Positions 1-9,700 of a stretch of 64,000 bases of DNA are shown piece by piece. The notes below the pieces were generated by a model. The model searched no databases and was not told the DNA's origin. It saw only the letters and a list, made by a program, of their open reading frames with translations. The translations under genes and the position numbers were made by a program. Each line of letters starts with the position of its first letter. The first letter of the stretch is position 1. The stretch is from an uncultured Gemmatimonadales bacterium (GTDB taxonomy: Bacteria > Gemmatimonadota > Gemmatimonadetes > Gemmatimonadales > GWC2-71-9). The stretch is taken from NCBI GenBank assembly GCA_963825055.1, contig CAWGSK010000012.1, forward strand, positions 480,001-544,000, read 5' to 3'.

Positions 1-259
1 CCGTACTCAGGAAGCCCTCGCCGTAGCGCCGCGCGACGCCGTACACCAGGGCCGCCCCGCCGACGTTGAAGACCCAGGTCACCAGGAAGACGACCCAGGC
101 CGTGGTCAGGCCGCGGTGGGTGAGAAACGCCCCGAGCGCGACGACGACGTCGGCCGGGGCGGGCGGGAAGATGTTCTCGACGGTGGCAAACCCGGCGATG
201 ACGGCGTAGACCGCGAGGGCGGGCAGGCCGGCCAGCCAGCCCAGGATGCTCTCGATCAG
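1..259 (-). CDS. DedA/SNARE-associated family membrane protein (5' part; runs off window start; probable CTG start)
   Basis: Hand translation gives LIESILGWLAGLPALAVYAVIAGFATVENIFPPAPADVVVALGAFL..., with the DedA-type ENIFPPxPxDV motif; not in the ORF track. Confidence 0.8.
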   Translation of the reverse strand, partial: MIESILGWLAGLPALAVYAVIAGFATVENIFPPAPADVVVALGAFLTHRGLTTAWVVFLVTWVFNVGGAALVYGVARRYGEGFLST

Positions 260-729
260 GGCGCCTCGAGGGTCGCCACGGCCATCACCGCGACGCCCTC
301 CCCCCGTCCGATCCAGCCCATCCCTTCATTCGTCTTCGCCTTGATGCTCACCTGTTCCGGGCTGCCGCCGAGCGCGCCGGACAGTATCCGGGACATCTCC
401 GCCACGTGGGGGCCGAGCCGGGGGCGCTCGAGAATGACGGTGATGTCCGCCTGGTGGAAGCGGAAACCGCGGTCGCGGACACGCGTCCACGCTTCCCGCA
501 GCAGGACGATGGAATCGGCATCCTTCCACTGCGGATCGGTGTCGGGGAACAGCAGGCCGATGTTGCCGGCGTTGGCCGCGCCTAGGATGGCGTCGGTCAG
601 GGCGTGGGCGACGGCGTCGCCGTCGCTGTGGCCGGCCGGCCCCGTGGGCGAGGGAATGTCGCAGCCGCCCAGCCGCATGGGGCGGCCGGGCTCGAGCCGG
701 TGCGAGTCGTAGCCGATACCGACGTGCAT
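256..729 (-). CDS. ispF: 2-C-methyl-D-erythritol 2,4-cyclodiphosphate synthase
   Basis: GIGYDSH, GHSDGD..HA..DAILGA, GNIG..FPDTDP and KAKTNEGMG motifs. Confidence 0.96.
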   Translation of the reverse strand: MHVGIGYDSHRLEPGRPMRLGGCDIPSPTGPAGHSDGDAVAHALTDAILGAANAGNIGLLFPDTDPQWKDADSIVLLREAWTRVRDRGFRFHQADITVILERPRLGPHVAEMSRILSGALGGSPEQVSIKAKTNEGMGWIGRGEGVAVMAVATLEAP

Positions 730-748
730 GCCCTGGGGAGTGCCGCCC

Positions 749-1810
749 TCAGGCGGCGGCGCCGGCGGGTTCGGCGATGATGGAATAGTCCTGCCGGCGA
801 CGGCGCGGCTCGTAGCCAGCGTCCCGGATGGAGCGATCCATCTCCTCCAGCGTGGCGCGGTGGGTCGTGCCCGCGGCGGACACCACGTTCTCTTCCATCA
901 TCAGGCTGCCGAAATCATTCGCCCCGAACCGCAGGGCGACCTGTCCCACCTTGAGCCCCATTGTGACCCACGAGGACTGCAGGTTCGGCACATTGTCGCA
1001 GATGATCCGGCCCATGGCGAGTGTCCGGAGGTAGGTCACCGCGTCGGTCTTCGGCATGTGCGCCATGGCCGTGCCTTCCGGCTGCAGCGGCCAGCAGATG
1101 AACGCAGTGAACCCGCCGGTGCGCGCCTGGACGTCCCGGATCCTGAGCAGGTGCTCGATCCGGTCGGCGTTCGACTCACCGAGGCCATACATCATCGTGA
1201 CCGACGTCTTCATGCCCTGGCGATGGGCTTCCTCCTGCACGCCGAGCCATTCGTCGGTCTGGGCTTTCTTCTTCGCGACCTGCTCCCGGATCCGGTCGAC
1301 CAGGATCTCGCCGCCACCGCCGGGAATGCTGTCGAGGCCGGCCTCGCGCAGCTCGCGCACCACCTCGGGGACGGTCAGCCCGAACCGGTTGGCGAAGAAC
1401 ACCACCTCCGAGGGCGAGAAACCGTGGATATGGATCGGGTGATGCTCCTTGATGTATCGCATGAGGTCCAGGTACCACTCGAAGGGGATGTACGGGTTGT
1501 GCCCCCCCTGAAGCAGGATCTGGACCCCGCCAATGGCCTTGCATTCGTCAATCTTGCGGCCGATCTCCTCATAGCTCAGGACGTAGCCTTCGAGGTCCTT
1601 GGGCCGGCGGTAAAACGCGCAGAACTTGCAGTCGGCGACGCAGACGTTCGTGTAGTTGATATTCCGGTCGATGATGTACGTGACCGCGTTCTCCGGGTGC
1701 TGCCGCCAGCGCTCGGCGTCGGCGAGGCGCCCCAGTTCGAGCAGGTCGGCCCGCTCGTACAGTTCGAGCCAGTTCCGGAATTCGGCTGAGGTACGGTCAA
1801 TCTGGGTCAT
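749..1810 (-). CDS. mqnC: Cyclic dehypoxanthine futalosine synthase (radical SAM)
   Basis: RNINYTNVCVADCKFCAF, ILLQGG, SIPGGGGEIL, QSSWVTMG, GANDFGS; clustered with mqnA/mqnE. Confidence 0.9.
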   Translation of the reverse strand: MTQIDRTSAEFRNWLELYERADLLELGRLADAERWRQHPENAVTYIIDRNINYTNVCVADCKFCAFYRRPKDLEGYVLSYEEIGRKIDECKAIGGVQILLQGGHNPYIPFEWYLDLMRYIKEHHPIHIHGFSPSEVVFFANRFGLTVPEVVRELREAGLDSIPGGGGEILVDRIREQVAKKKAQTDEWLGVQEEAHRQGMKTSVTMMYGLGESNADRIEHLLRIRDVQARTGGFTAFICWPLQPEGTAMAHMPKTDAVTYLRTLAMGRIICDNVPNLQSSWVTMGLKVGQVALRFGANDFGSLMMEENVVSAAGTTHRATLEEMDRSIRDAGYEPRRRRQDYSIIAEPAGAAA

Positions 1811-1812
1811 GG

Positions 1813-2634
1813 TCAGGCCGCGGAGATGAATGACAGAGGTCCGTCGGGCACCAGGCCGTCCTGGTGCAGCCTGCGGAAGAACGCGGTGAGGCCGTCGAGG
1901 TGCCGCTCACCCAGGGCGTAGTCGAGGCCGGCGAGGTAGTCGCGGCAGACATCCGCACTGACCCCGGTCCGGTCCGCCGCTTCACGAGCCAGTAGGTCGA
2001 GCTGCCTGAGGCCCCAGGTGCGCGACTCGAGCAGGCGCGCGTGGATCCGGCGGACCGCCGCCGGTTCGGCGTCGCGGCGGGCGGCCCATACCGCGAACAC
2101 GAAGGGCAGGCCCGTCCAGGCTTTCCACTCGGCGCCGAGGTCGTACTGGTACGGATAGGTCTCCCTGGCGGCGAGAAGGAGCGCCGCATCGCCGATGACC
2201 AGGACGCCCTCGTGCGGCAGTCCCGCGAGCGAGTCGAGGTCGGTGGATTCCGCCCGGACCTGCGCGAAGCGCGGCTGGACGCCCCACCGGTGCGCGCAGA
2301 GCAGCTCGAGCAGCAGCACCGAAGTGCGCGAGGAGGCCGTGCGGAGGACGGCCTGCGCGTCCAGTTCCCCGACCGGGCGCCGGGCGAACAGCATGACGCT
2401 CTTGACCGGGCCGTCGCAGGTGATGGCGAGGTCCGGCAGCAGGTGGTAGCGTGCGGCGTTCCGCGCATACTCGACCGCGGAGACCACGCTGACCTGCAGT
2501 TCGCCGGCGGCCAGGAGGTCGTTCAGCTCGGCGGCGGTCCCGCTCACCAGGTCGGCCGGCATCGGGACCAGCCCGCGGTCCACCGCCCCGTACACCGGGT
2601 AGCAGTTGATCCAGGGGATCCGGCCGAGCCTCAT
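1813..2634 (-). CDS. mqnA: Chorismate dehydratase (futalosine pathway)
   Basis: RLGRIPWINCYP, SSRTSVLL, IGDAAL, DLGAEW..WTGLPFVFAVW motifs. Confidence 0.9.
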   Translation of the reverse strand: MRLGRIPWINCYPVYGAVDRGLVPMPADLVSGTAAELNDLLAAGELQVSVVSAVEYARNAARYHLLPDLAITCDGPVKSVMLFARRPVGELDAQAVLRTASSRTSVLLLELLCAHRWGVQPRFAQVRAESTDLDSLAGLPHEGVLVIGDAALLLAARETYPYQYDLGAEWKAWTGLPFVFAVWAARRDAEPAAVRRIHARLLESRTWGLRQLDLLAREAADRTGVSADVCRDYLAGLDYALGERHLDGLTAFFRRLHQDGLVPDGPLSFISAA

Positions 2635-3848
2635 GCCGCGTGCACCACCGGCAGCTCACGTGAGCGTTCGGAAGGGGGACCGGGAGGCGTCGGTGGCGGC
2701 AGGTCGTCGAAGTTCTCGCGTACCGCCTCGTACAGGCTGTTGCGCTCGACCGGCCGCCGACCCGTGCCCCGGATCAGTTCCACCAGACTGTAGTAGCTCA
2801 TGCCCAGGTCGGTCTTTGCGCCGGCATCGTGATAGATGCGCTCGAAGACCACCGTGCCCTCGACATCGTCGCAGCCGAAGTGCAGCGCGATCTGGCTCAG
2901 GAACGGCGTCACCATGGGCCAGTGGGTCTTCACATGGGGAATGTTGTCCAGGAACAGCCGCCCGATGGCGATGTTCTTGAGATCTTCATAACCCGTGGTG
3001 GCCGTGCCGATCCTGCCCAGCTCCTCGCCCAGCTCGTTGTGGTCCGGATGGTACGCGAGGGGGATGTAGGTGAGGAAGCCGCCGGTTTCGTCCTGCAGAT
3101 CCCGGAGCATGCTCAGGTGCTCGATGCGGTCGTCCGCCGTTTCCACGTGGCCATAGAGCATCGTGCAGTTGGTCGGGATACCCAGCTCGTGCGCCACCTT
3201 GTGCACCCGGAGCCACTCCTGCCCCGTCAGCTTGCGCTCCGCAATGGTCGCCCGGACGGCGGTACTGAACACCTCGGCGCCGCCGCCCGGCAGGCTCGTG
3301 AGCCCCGCATCCCGCAGGCGGACCAGGGCTTCCCGCTCGCTGATCTTCTCGATCCGGGCGAGGTTGGCGATTTCCACGGCCGTCAGTGCCTTGATGTGTA
3401 CGTCGGGGTGGCGTTCGCGCAGGCCTCGGATGATGTCCTCGTAGTACGCCAGGCTGAGCTTCGGATGAAGCCCTCCCACAATGTGGAATTCGCGGGTCGG
3501 GCTGCCGGTCGCCTTCTCCGCCTCGGCGAAGACCTCCTCCAGCGACATCGTATAGGCCCCCTCCTCCTTCGGCATCCGCGCGAAGGAGCAGAACGTGCAG
3601 GTGTTCCGGAGGATGCAGACGTTCGTGGGGTTGATGTGCTGGTTTGCGGAGAAGAAGACCCGGTCGCCGTTCCGCCGGCGATTGGCGAAGTCCGCCATCT
3701 CACCCAGAGACAGGAGATCAGCGGTGTCATAGAGGATGCGGGCATCGGCGCCGTCGAGGCGCCGTCCGGCCAGAACCTTCTCGGCAATGGGCACGAGCCT
3801 GGTGTCCTGCATCCGGGCGGGGGCCAGGGAGGGCGTATCTCGTTTCAT
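2631..3848 (-). CDS. mqnE: Aminofutalosine synthase (radical SAM)
   Basis: HINPTNVC...CTFCSF, EFHIVGGLHP, HIKALTAVEI, LPGGGAE, MLYGHVE. Confidence 0.88.
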   Translation of the reverse strand: MKRDTPSLAPARMQDTRLVPIAEKVLAGRRLDGADARILYDTADLLSLGEMADFANRRRNGDRVFFSANQHINPTNVCILRNTCTFCSFARMPKEEGAYTMSLEEVFAEAEKATGSPTREFHIVGGLHPKLSLAYYEDIIRGLRERHPDVHIKALTAVEIANLARIEKISEREALVRLRDAGLTSLPGGGAEVFSTAVRATIAERKLTGQEWLRVHKVAHELGIPTNCTMLYGHVETADDRIEHLSMLRDLQDETGGFLTYIPLAYHPDHNELGEELGRIGTATTGYEDLKNIAIGRLFLDNIPHVKTHWPMVTPFLSQIALHFGCDDVEGTVVFERIYHDAGAKTDLGMSYYSLVELIRGTGRRPVERNSLYEAVRENFDDLPPPTPPGPPSERSRELPVVHAA

Positions 3849-3862
3849 GCCTGTAATCTAAG

Positions 3863-3890
3863 GAAGTGAGAAGTGAGAAGTAAGAAGTAA
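3863..3890. repeat. Short tandem heptamer repeat (GAAGTRA x4)
   Basis: GAAGTGA GAAGTGA GAAGTAA GAAGTAA read directly in the intergenic region. Confidence 0.85.
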
Positions 3891-4002
3891 GAGGAAAGGA
3901 GGGCTGGCGGGCGTAGCGCAGGGGCCGGAGTGGAGACGGGCAGGTCACGGGCAGGGGACGCCGTGAGCCCAGACTGCGGGTGTCCACCAGACGGGAGTCA
4001 CC

Positions 4003-4374
4003 ACGCGCACGATCGCCCTTGCCCTGCTCCTCGGCGCAACCATTGCTGCCCCGCTGACCGCCCAGGCGGAATCTTATCATCGCATGATTCCGGGCCCGGG
4101 GCCGTCTCCGGCCTGGCTGGTTCCGGCCTCCCCGGCGGAAACGGCCCTGCTCGCCTACCCGCGTCCGAGCCATAACCACTGGGTCGAGGGTGCATGGATT
4201 GGCGGCATCATGAGTTCCCTCCTGCTGATCTTTCGCCACGACCCGTGCGGCGTGCTGGGCTCACCCGACCAGGCGTGCGATCTCGGGACCGCCATGGGCG
4301 GCCTCATCATCCTGGCCCTCCCTGGGGCCATCATCGGAGGCCTCGTCGGGGCCGCCATCCCCGTTACCGAATAG
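4003..4374 (+). CDS. Small secreted/membrane glycine-zipper protein (probable ACG start, or mutated ATG)
   Basis: ORF 4084..4374 extends in frame to ACG at 4003, giving signal peptide (M)RTIALALLLGATIAAPLTAQA behind GGGAG; C-terminal GAIIGGLVG zipper. Confidence 0.6.
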   Translation, partial: TRTIALALLLGATIAAPLTAQAESYHRMIPGPGPSPAWLVPASPAETALLAYPRPSHNHWVEGAWIGGIMSSLLLIFRHDPCGVLGSPDQACDLGTAMGGLIILALPGAIIGGLVGAAIPVTE

Positions 4375-4385
4375 GCAGGTTTCCG

Positions 4386-4742
4386 ATGCGTATCCCGATC
4401 ATTCTGCTGGCGCTGCTGCTCATTCCGACCGCAATGCCGGCCCAGGCGTCCGCCGGGTCTCAGTCCCGTATCACCGGGCCTCAACCATCCATCCTGTGGT
4501 CGGTTGAGACCCCCGCCGCCGTCGACACCATCAGAGTCCGGCGGGGCAGCCACTGGCAGACCGGAGCGATCGTGGGAGGCATCGCCGGAGCCCTGTTCGG
4601 CGTGGGTGTGATGCAGGCCGTCTGCGGCCTCAGCGAGAGTACCACAGACTGCACCGGCAACACCATCCTGGGTTCCCTGATGTTCGGGGGTGCCGGGGCC
4701 GGGGTCGGGGCCCTGATCGGAGGCTTGTTCCCCCGTCACTGA
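4386..4742 (+). CDS. Small secreted/membrane glycine-zipper protein, paralogue of upstream gene
   Basis: Signal peptide MRIPIILLALLLIPTAMPAQA; HWxxGAxxGG...C-x8-C...GAGVGALIGGLFP. Confidence 0.7.
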   Translation: MRIPIILLALLLIPTAMPAQASAGSQSRITGPQPSILWSVETPAAVDTIRVRRGSHWQTGAIVGGIAGALFGVGVMQAVCGLSESTTDCTGNTILGSLMFGGAGAGVGALIGGLFPRH

Positions 4743-4877
4743 CGATTGTCGCCTGACGGTTGCGCGCTGAAACATCCAGGGGGCGGTTCGCGTCTCATCT
4801 GGTGGACGACCGGAATGCAACGTTTTCTCCACTCCGGCCATCAGGTATTGACCCCTTCCCCTTTCGCAGGACCGATC

Positions 4878-6683
4878 ATGCGCCTGTTTACCCTCGCGGC
4901 CACCGCCCTCTCGGCCGGCGCGTCCGTTCTCACCGCCCAGGCCCCGGCCTCGGCTCCCCTCAGCAACATCACCTACGACCTCACCTTCAACCGCGAAACG
5001 GCGGCGAACCGGACGATCCACGTCGTCATGAACTTCCAGGTGGGCGGGCAGGGAGAGGCACTGCTGTCGCTTCCCGACTGGACCCCAGGAGCCTACGAGA
5101 TCACCAACTTCGCGCGCTGGGTGTCGGCTTTCGAGGCCACCTCCGCAGGCAAGCCCCTGGACTGGGACAAGCTGGACTATGATACGTGGCGGGTGAACCC
5201 GGCTGGTGCGAAGCAGGTCACCGTCGCGTTCGACGTGTTGGCCGACTCCCTGGACAACGCGATGGCCTGGGCCCGGGACGATTTCGCCTTCTTCAACGGG
5301 ACGAACCTCCTGCTCTACCCCGAGGGGCGCGGGATGGACTTTTCCGCGACTGTGCGGGTCAACACGGAATCTGACTGGCAGGTGGCGACCGGCATGCCGA
5401 CCGCCGGGGCCGGTCGGGCCTATCGCGAGGGCAACTACCACGACCTGGTCGACATGCCGTTTTTCGTGGGCCACATCGACTATGACAGCACGACGGTCAA
5501 CGGCCTGAACGTCCGGCTGGCGACCTGGCCCGCGGGCGTATTCACCGGGCAGGCCCGCGCGGATTTCTGGAGCGCGTATGGCAAGCTGTTTGCCCCGCAG
5601 GCCGCAGTGTTCGGTGAGACACCGTATCCCAACTACACCACACTCATCGTGTTCGATTCCACGTTCGGCGGCGGCTCCGCCCTGGAGCACCAGAGTTCAC
5701 ACCTGGGGATCTACACCACGCAGGGCATCGGCCAGGAATGGGTTGTCTCGGTGACCGCGCATGAGATGTTCCACGCCTTCAACGTGAAGCGGCTGCGCCC
5801 GGCCGAGATGGTGCCGTACCGGTATGACCGCCCGCAGCCGACCCCGTGGCTCTGGGTGAGCGAGGGCATTACCGACTACTACGCCGACCTGACGTTGCTC
5901 CGCGCCGGGATCGTGGATTCCGCGAGCTTCCTGAACACCACCGCCGGCAAGATCGCAAACGTCGCGAACACGGTGCCGGTAGCCCTGGAGGATGCGTCCC
6001 TCTCCACCTGGATTCACCCGACCGACGGTACGGGATACATCTACTACCCCAAGGGATCGCTCGCCGGGTTCATGCTCGATATCATCATCCGGGACGCGAG
6101 CGACAATCGCCAGTCCCTCGACGGCGTGATGCGTTCGGTGTACCAGAGCACGTACCAGGCCGGCAAGGGGTTCGGGGCCGCTGACTGGTGGGGAGCCGTG
6201 AGCCGTGCAGCGGGCGGGCGGAGCTTCACCGAATTCAATGAGCGTTATGTGGACGGCCGGGAGCCGTTCCCGTGGGACAGCCTTCTGCCGAAGGCCGGGC
6301 TCCGCCTGGTCACCGACACGGTGTACCTGCCGCGGATCGGCATCAACACGGCGCCGGACAGTTCCGGGGGAATTCGAGTCGTGGCCGTGGCGCCGGGCAC
6401 ATCCGGTGCCGATGCCGGCCTGCGGGCTGGGGACGTCCTGATGGGCATCAGCGCGATCGAGGTGAACAGCCCGGACGCGTTCCAGCAGTTCCGCGACCAG
6501 TACGGCTCTCGTGAAGGCGCGGACATCACGTACCGGATCGTCCGGGACGGGCAGCCGATGTCCCTGCCCGCGAAGGTCCGTCTGGCATCCAACATCACCC
6601 AGCGGATCGAGGTGGTCGCGGATGCCCCGGCCAAAGCCGTCCGGGTGCGGCACGGAATGTTCACCGGCACGACCGCCCGCTGA
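4878..6683 (+). CDS. M61 family (glycyl) metallo-aminopeptidase with C-terminal PDZ domain
   Basis: Signal peptide, WTPGAY, GGSALEH, HEMFH zinc motif, NVKRLRP, LWVSEGITDYY, YYPKG, AGLRAGDVL PDZ. Confidence 0.9.
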   Translation: MRLFTLAATALSAGASVLTAQAPASAPLSNITYDLTFNRETAANRTIHVVMNFQVGGQGEALLSLPDWTPGAYEITNFARWVSAFEATSAGKPLDWDKLDYDTWRVNPAGAKQVTVAFDVLADSLDNAMAWARDDFAFFNGTNLLLYPEGRGMDFSATVRVNTESDWQVATGMPTAGAGRAYREGNYHDLVDMPFFVGHIDYDSTTVNGLNVRLATWPAGVFTGQARADFWSAYGKLFAPQAAVFGETPYPNYTTLIVFDSTFGGGSALEHQSSHLGIYTTQGIGQEWVVSVTAHEMFHAFNVKRLRPAEMVPYRYDRPQPTPWLWVSEGITDYYADLTLLRAGIVDSASFLNTTAGKIANVANTVPVALEDASLSTWIHPTDGTGYIYYPKGSLAGFMLDIIIRDASDNRQSLDGVMRSVYQSTYQAGKGFGAADWWGAVSRAAGGRSFTEFNERYVDGREPFPWDSLLPKAGLRLVTDTVYLPRIGINTAPDSSGGIRVVAVAPGTSGADAGLRAGDVLMGISAIEVNSPDAFQQFRDQYGSREGADITYRIVRDGQPMSLPAKVRLASNITQRIEVVADAPAKAVRVRHGMFTGTTAR

Positions 6684-6704
6684 TCCTCCCAGCCCTGAAA
6701 CGCA

Positions 6705-6732
6705 GAACGGCGGCCCGCAGGGGCCGCCGTTC
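6705..6732. terminator. Hairpin between convergent genes, probable bidirectional terminator
   Basis: Perfect 12-bp stem GAACGGCGGCCC-GCAG-GGGCCGCCGTTC. Confidence 0.75.
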
Positions 6733-6754
6733 GTGTTCGCTGGAATATCGCAGG

Positions 6755-9700
6755 TCAGGAGCGCGGCTGTTCTCCGACGAGGGCCCCCAGCCGTTGCTTC
6801 ACCTCTCGCACCTGCGGCTGGAGCGCGGGGTCCGCGTCCTTCCAGAGATCGACGAACTTCGTGTAGTACTCCACGGCGGCACTGCGGTTCCCCTGACCCT
6901 CGTACAATTCTCCGAGGCGACGATACATCGCCGCGCGGGTGTCGAAGTCATTCTCGTGGCCGAAGAGATCCGGCGTGACCGCTTTGCGCAGGGCGGCGAT
7001 CGCCGAGTCGGGCTCGCCGATCTGCTCGAAGGCGGCTGAGAGGCGGAGTGCCCAGCCGCATCGACCACAGGATGAGTCTGCGGCGTATCGCAGGTGGGGG
7101 ACGGCCTCCCTCGCCTTTCCTTCGCGCAGCAGCAGGAGGCCCCGGATGCCCTCCTCCCACTCGGCCCGGCGCTGGCTCTCCGGCACGGCCCGATGATAGT
7201 CCTCTATCAACTCGCGTGCCCGTTCGGACGGCCCCGCCTCCGCATAGAGGGTGGCCAGCTGGAGGTACGGCCGGTCGGCCGGCGGTATGGAGTCGAGCGG
7301 GAAGCGCCGGAGGTCCGAATCCAGCAGCCGCGCGGCCCCCTCGGGATCGTTCTCGTACACGAGCTTCTTCCGCGACCGGTCGATCAGGTCGAAGATAGGA
7401 GTGGCTTTGATACCCCGTTCGCGGCCGACCTTCATCAGCGTCTGGCCATGACGGGCCGATTCATCGAGTTTCCCGTGCAGCCGGTCCAGCGAATACATCT
7501 CATAGTTCAGGAAGTCCTGCGCGGCCAGGTCGGGGTCACCGGCCAGCAGTCCCTCCCAGACGGCGTGGGCGCTGTCGGGGAGCCCGTTCAGGGCGAACAT
7601 GGCTCCCTTCCAGGGCAGGAACAGCTCGTGCGTGACCGGCGCGGCGAGGTAGCGGTCCAGGACGGTGTCGGCCTCGTCGACCTTGCCCTCGTTCACGAGC
7701 GTCTCGATCAGGTTCCCCCCGAAGGTTCGTGACGTTGTATCGAGCGTGGCCGCGCGACGGTAGAGCGATTCCGCCGCCGCGTACTGGCGGCGGCTGCCGT
7801 AGACGAGCGCCAGGTTGTTGAGGCTGACGAGGTCGTCCGGATTGCGCTCGAGCACGGCCTGGTACGCGCGGGCCGATTTCTCCTGGTCCGGCTCCACGAT
7901 GCGGTAGTAAAAGGCGATCGCGTGCAGGCGCTCGATCTCGGGCAACCGGTCGCGATACTGATAGGCCCGCGTCGCCGCGGCCACCGTGCGTTCGCGGCTG
8001 GCAAAGGTATTGGAGAGGATGACCGCCTGTTTCCGCCAGGCCATGGCGAAGGTACTGTCGAGCGTGGTCGCCTCCCCGAGCTTCTCGAGGGCCCGGTCGT
8101 ATGCGCCCTCCTTCTCCAGCTGCAATCCCTCGGTGTAGGCACGCAACGCGTCAATACTGCCCGTCGTCACCTGCGCCAGCGGCTGGTTTGCCCGGATTGT
8201 CCGGAGCGATTCGCCGATGCGCTCACGCAGATGCGAAGACAGGCGGTCGACCGCCCCGATCAAGGCATTGCCATCCGCTGCGGTTTCCCGGACCGCCACC
8301 AGGGTCGCGTTATCCGCAGGGGAGACGATCCTGGCCGAGAGGACGTACCCCGTCCCGATGGGGTCGATCTGTCCTACGATGATCGCCTTGAGGCCCTCGC
8401 GTTCGGCCATCTCGGATGCGACGGTGGGAGTCATCGGCGTATCGCGCGGACGGTTCATGCGGCCCAGCGCACCCGACACCGCGCGTTCGTCCAGCAGACG
8501 GACGACCGCCGACTGGGCCAGGTCGATCCGGAGCGCCTCGGTGACGGTCGAGCCCAGCGTGGAGTCGTTCGTGTGGTTTTCGAAGTCGGCCACGAGCAGC
8601 GGGTCCCGTTCGGAGAGCACACCGGAGGCCACCAGCGTTCCCACCGGACCGATGCCGAGGAGCCGCATGGCAGTGTACCCGGCCGCCACCAGGCCGAGAA
8701 CGGCAAAGGCCGCTACGCCTCCCATGACGGCCCGGCGCCAGGTGAACCATCCATGCCACCCACCAGCATCCGGCGCGGCGGCAGTGGTGCGCGCAAGGGC
8801 GCGGCGCCGTTCGACCAGCCCGGTGAGCAGCATGATCGGAAGACCGAGGGCGAGGAGGACAATGGCGCCTATCCAGACCCAGTCGGGCAGGCCGAGCTGC
8901 TGCACCAGCAGGTACACCACGGCGAGGACGAGTGCCCCCGCGCCGAGGAACATGGCCGCCACCCGGCCCGGGTGGCCCGCGCGGATGGCGGCGGCGGTTC
9001 CGGACGAGATCGTCCGGGCCCTGACCACCGGCTCGGTGGCGACCGGGGTGGACCCGGCCGGTGTGAGGCCGGCGCTGCTGAGGGCCAGGGCCTCGAGTTG
9101 CACCAGGACCTCATCCGCCGTCTGGGGGCGGTCGGATGGGTGCTTCTGGAGGCACGCCATGATCAGGGCTGCCAGCGCCGGCGGCACGGTCGGGCGGTGC
9201 GCGGTACAGGGTTCCGGGGTCTGGGTGACCTGTGCCGCGAGCACCGACTGCGGGGTTGGCCCGGTGAACGGCGGTCTCCCGCACAGCATCTCGTAGCCCA
9301 GCGCACCGAGGGCGTAGAGGTCGGCGCGGTGATCGATGTTCGGGTCTCCGGCAGCCTGCTCCGGGGCCATGTAGGCGGGCGTGCCGAGCGCCATGCCGAG
9401 GGACGTCAGCGACGTGGCCCCGCTGGAAGCCGACATGGCCTTGGCCACCCCGAAATCGGCCACCAGTGCGTGGCGCCCGGAGAGGAGTACGTTCTCAGGC
9501 TTGATGTCCCGGTGGACGATCCCCTGGGCATGCGCCGAGGCGAGCGCGTCTGCGATCTCGCGGAGGAGCGCAAGTGCCTCCGGCACCGGAAGCGCGCCGA
9601 CCCGTCCCATCCTGGTCCGGAGGGACTCGCCCTCGATATACGGCATGATGTAATACAGGAGGTCGTCCCGCGCGCCCGCGGTGAGCAGCGGGACGATGTG

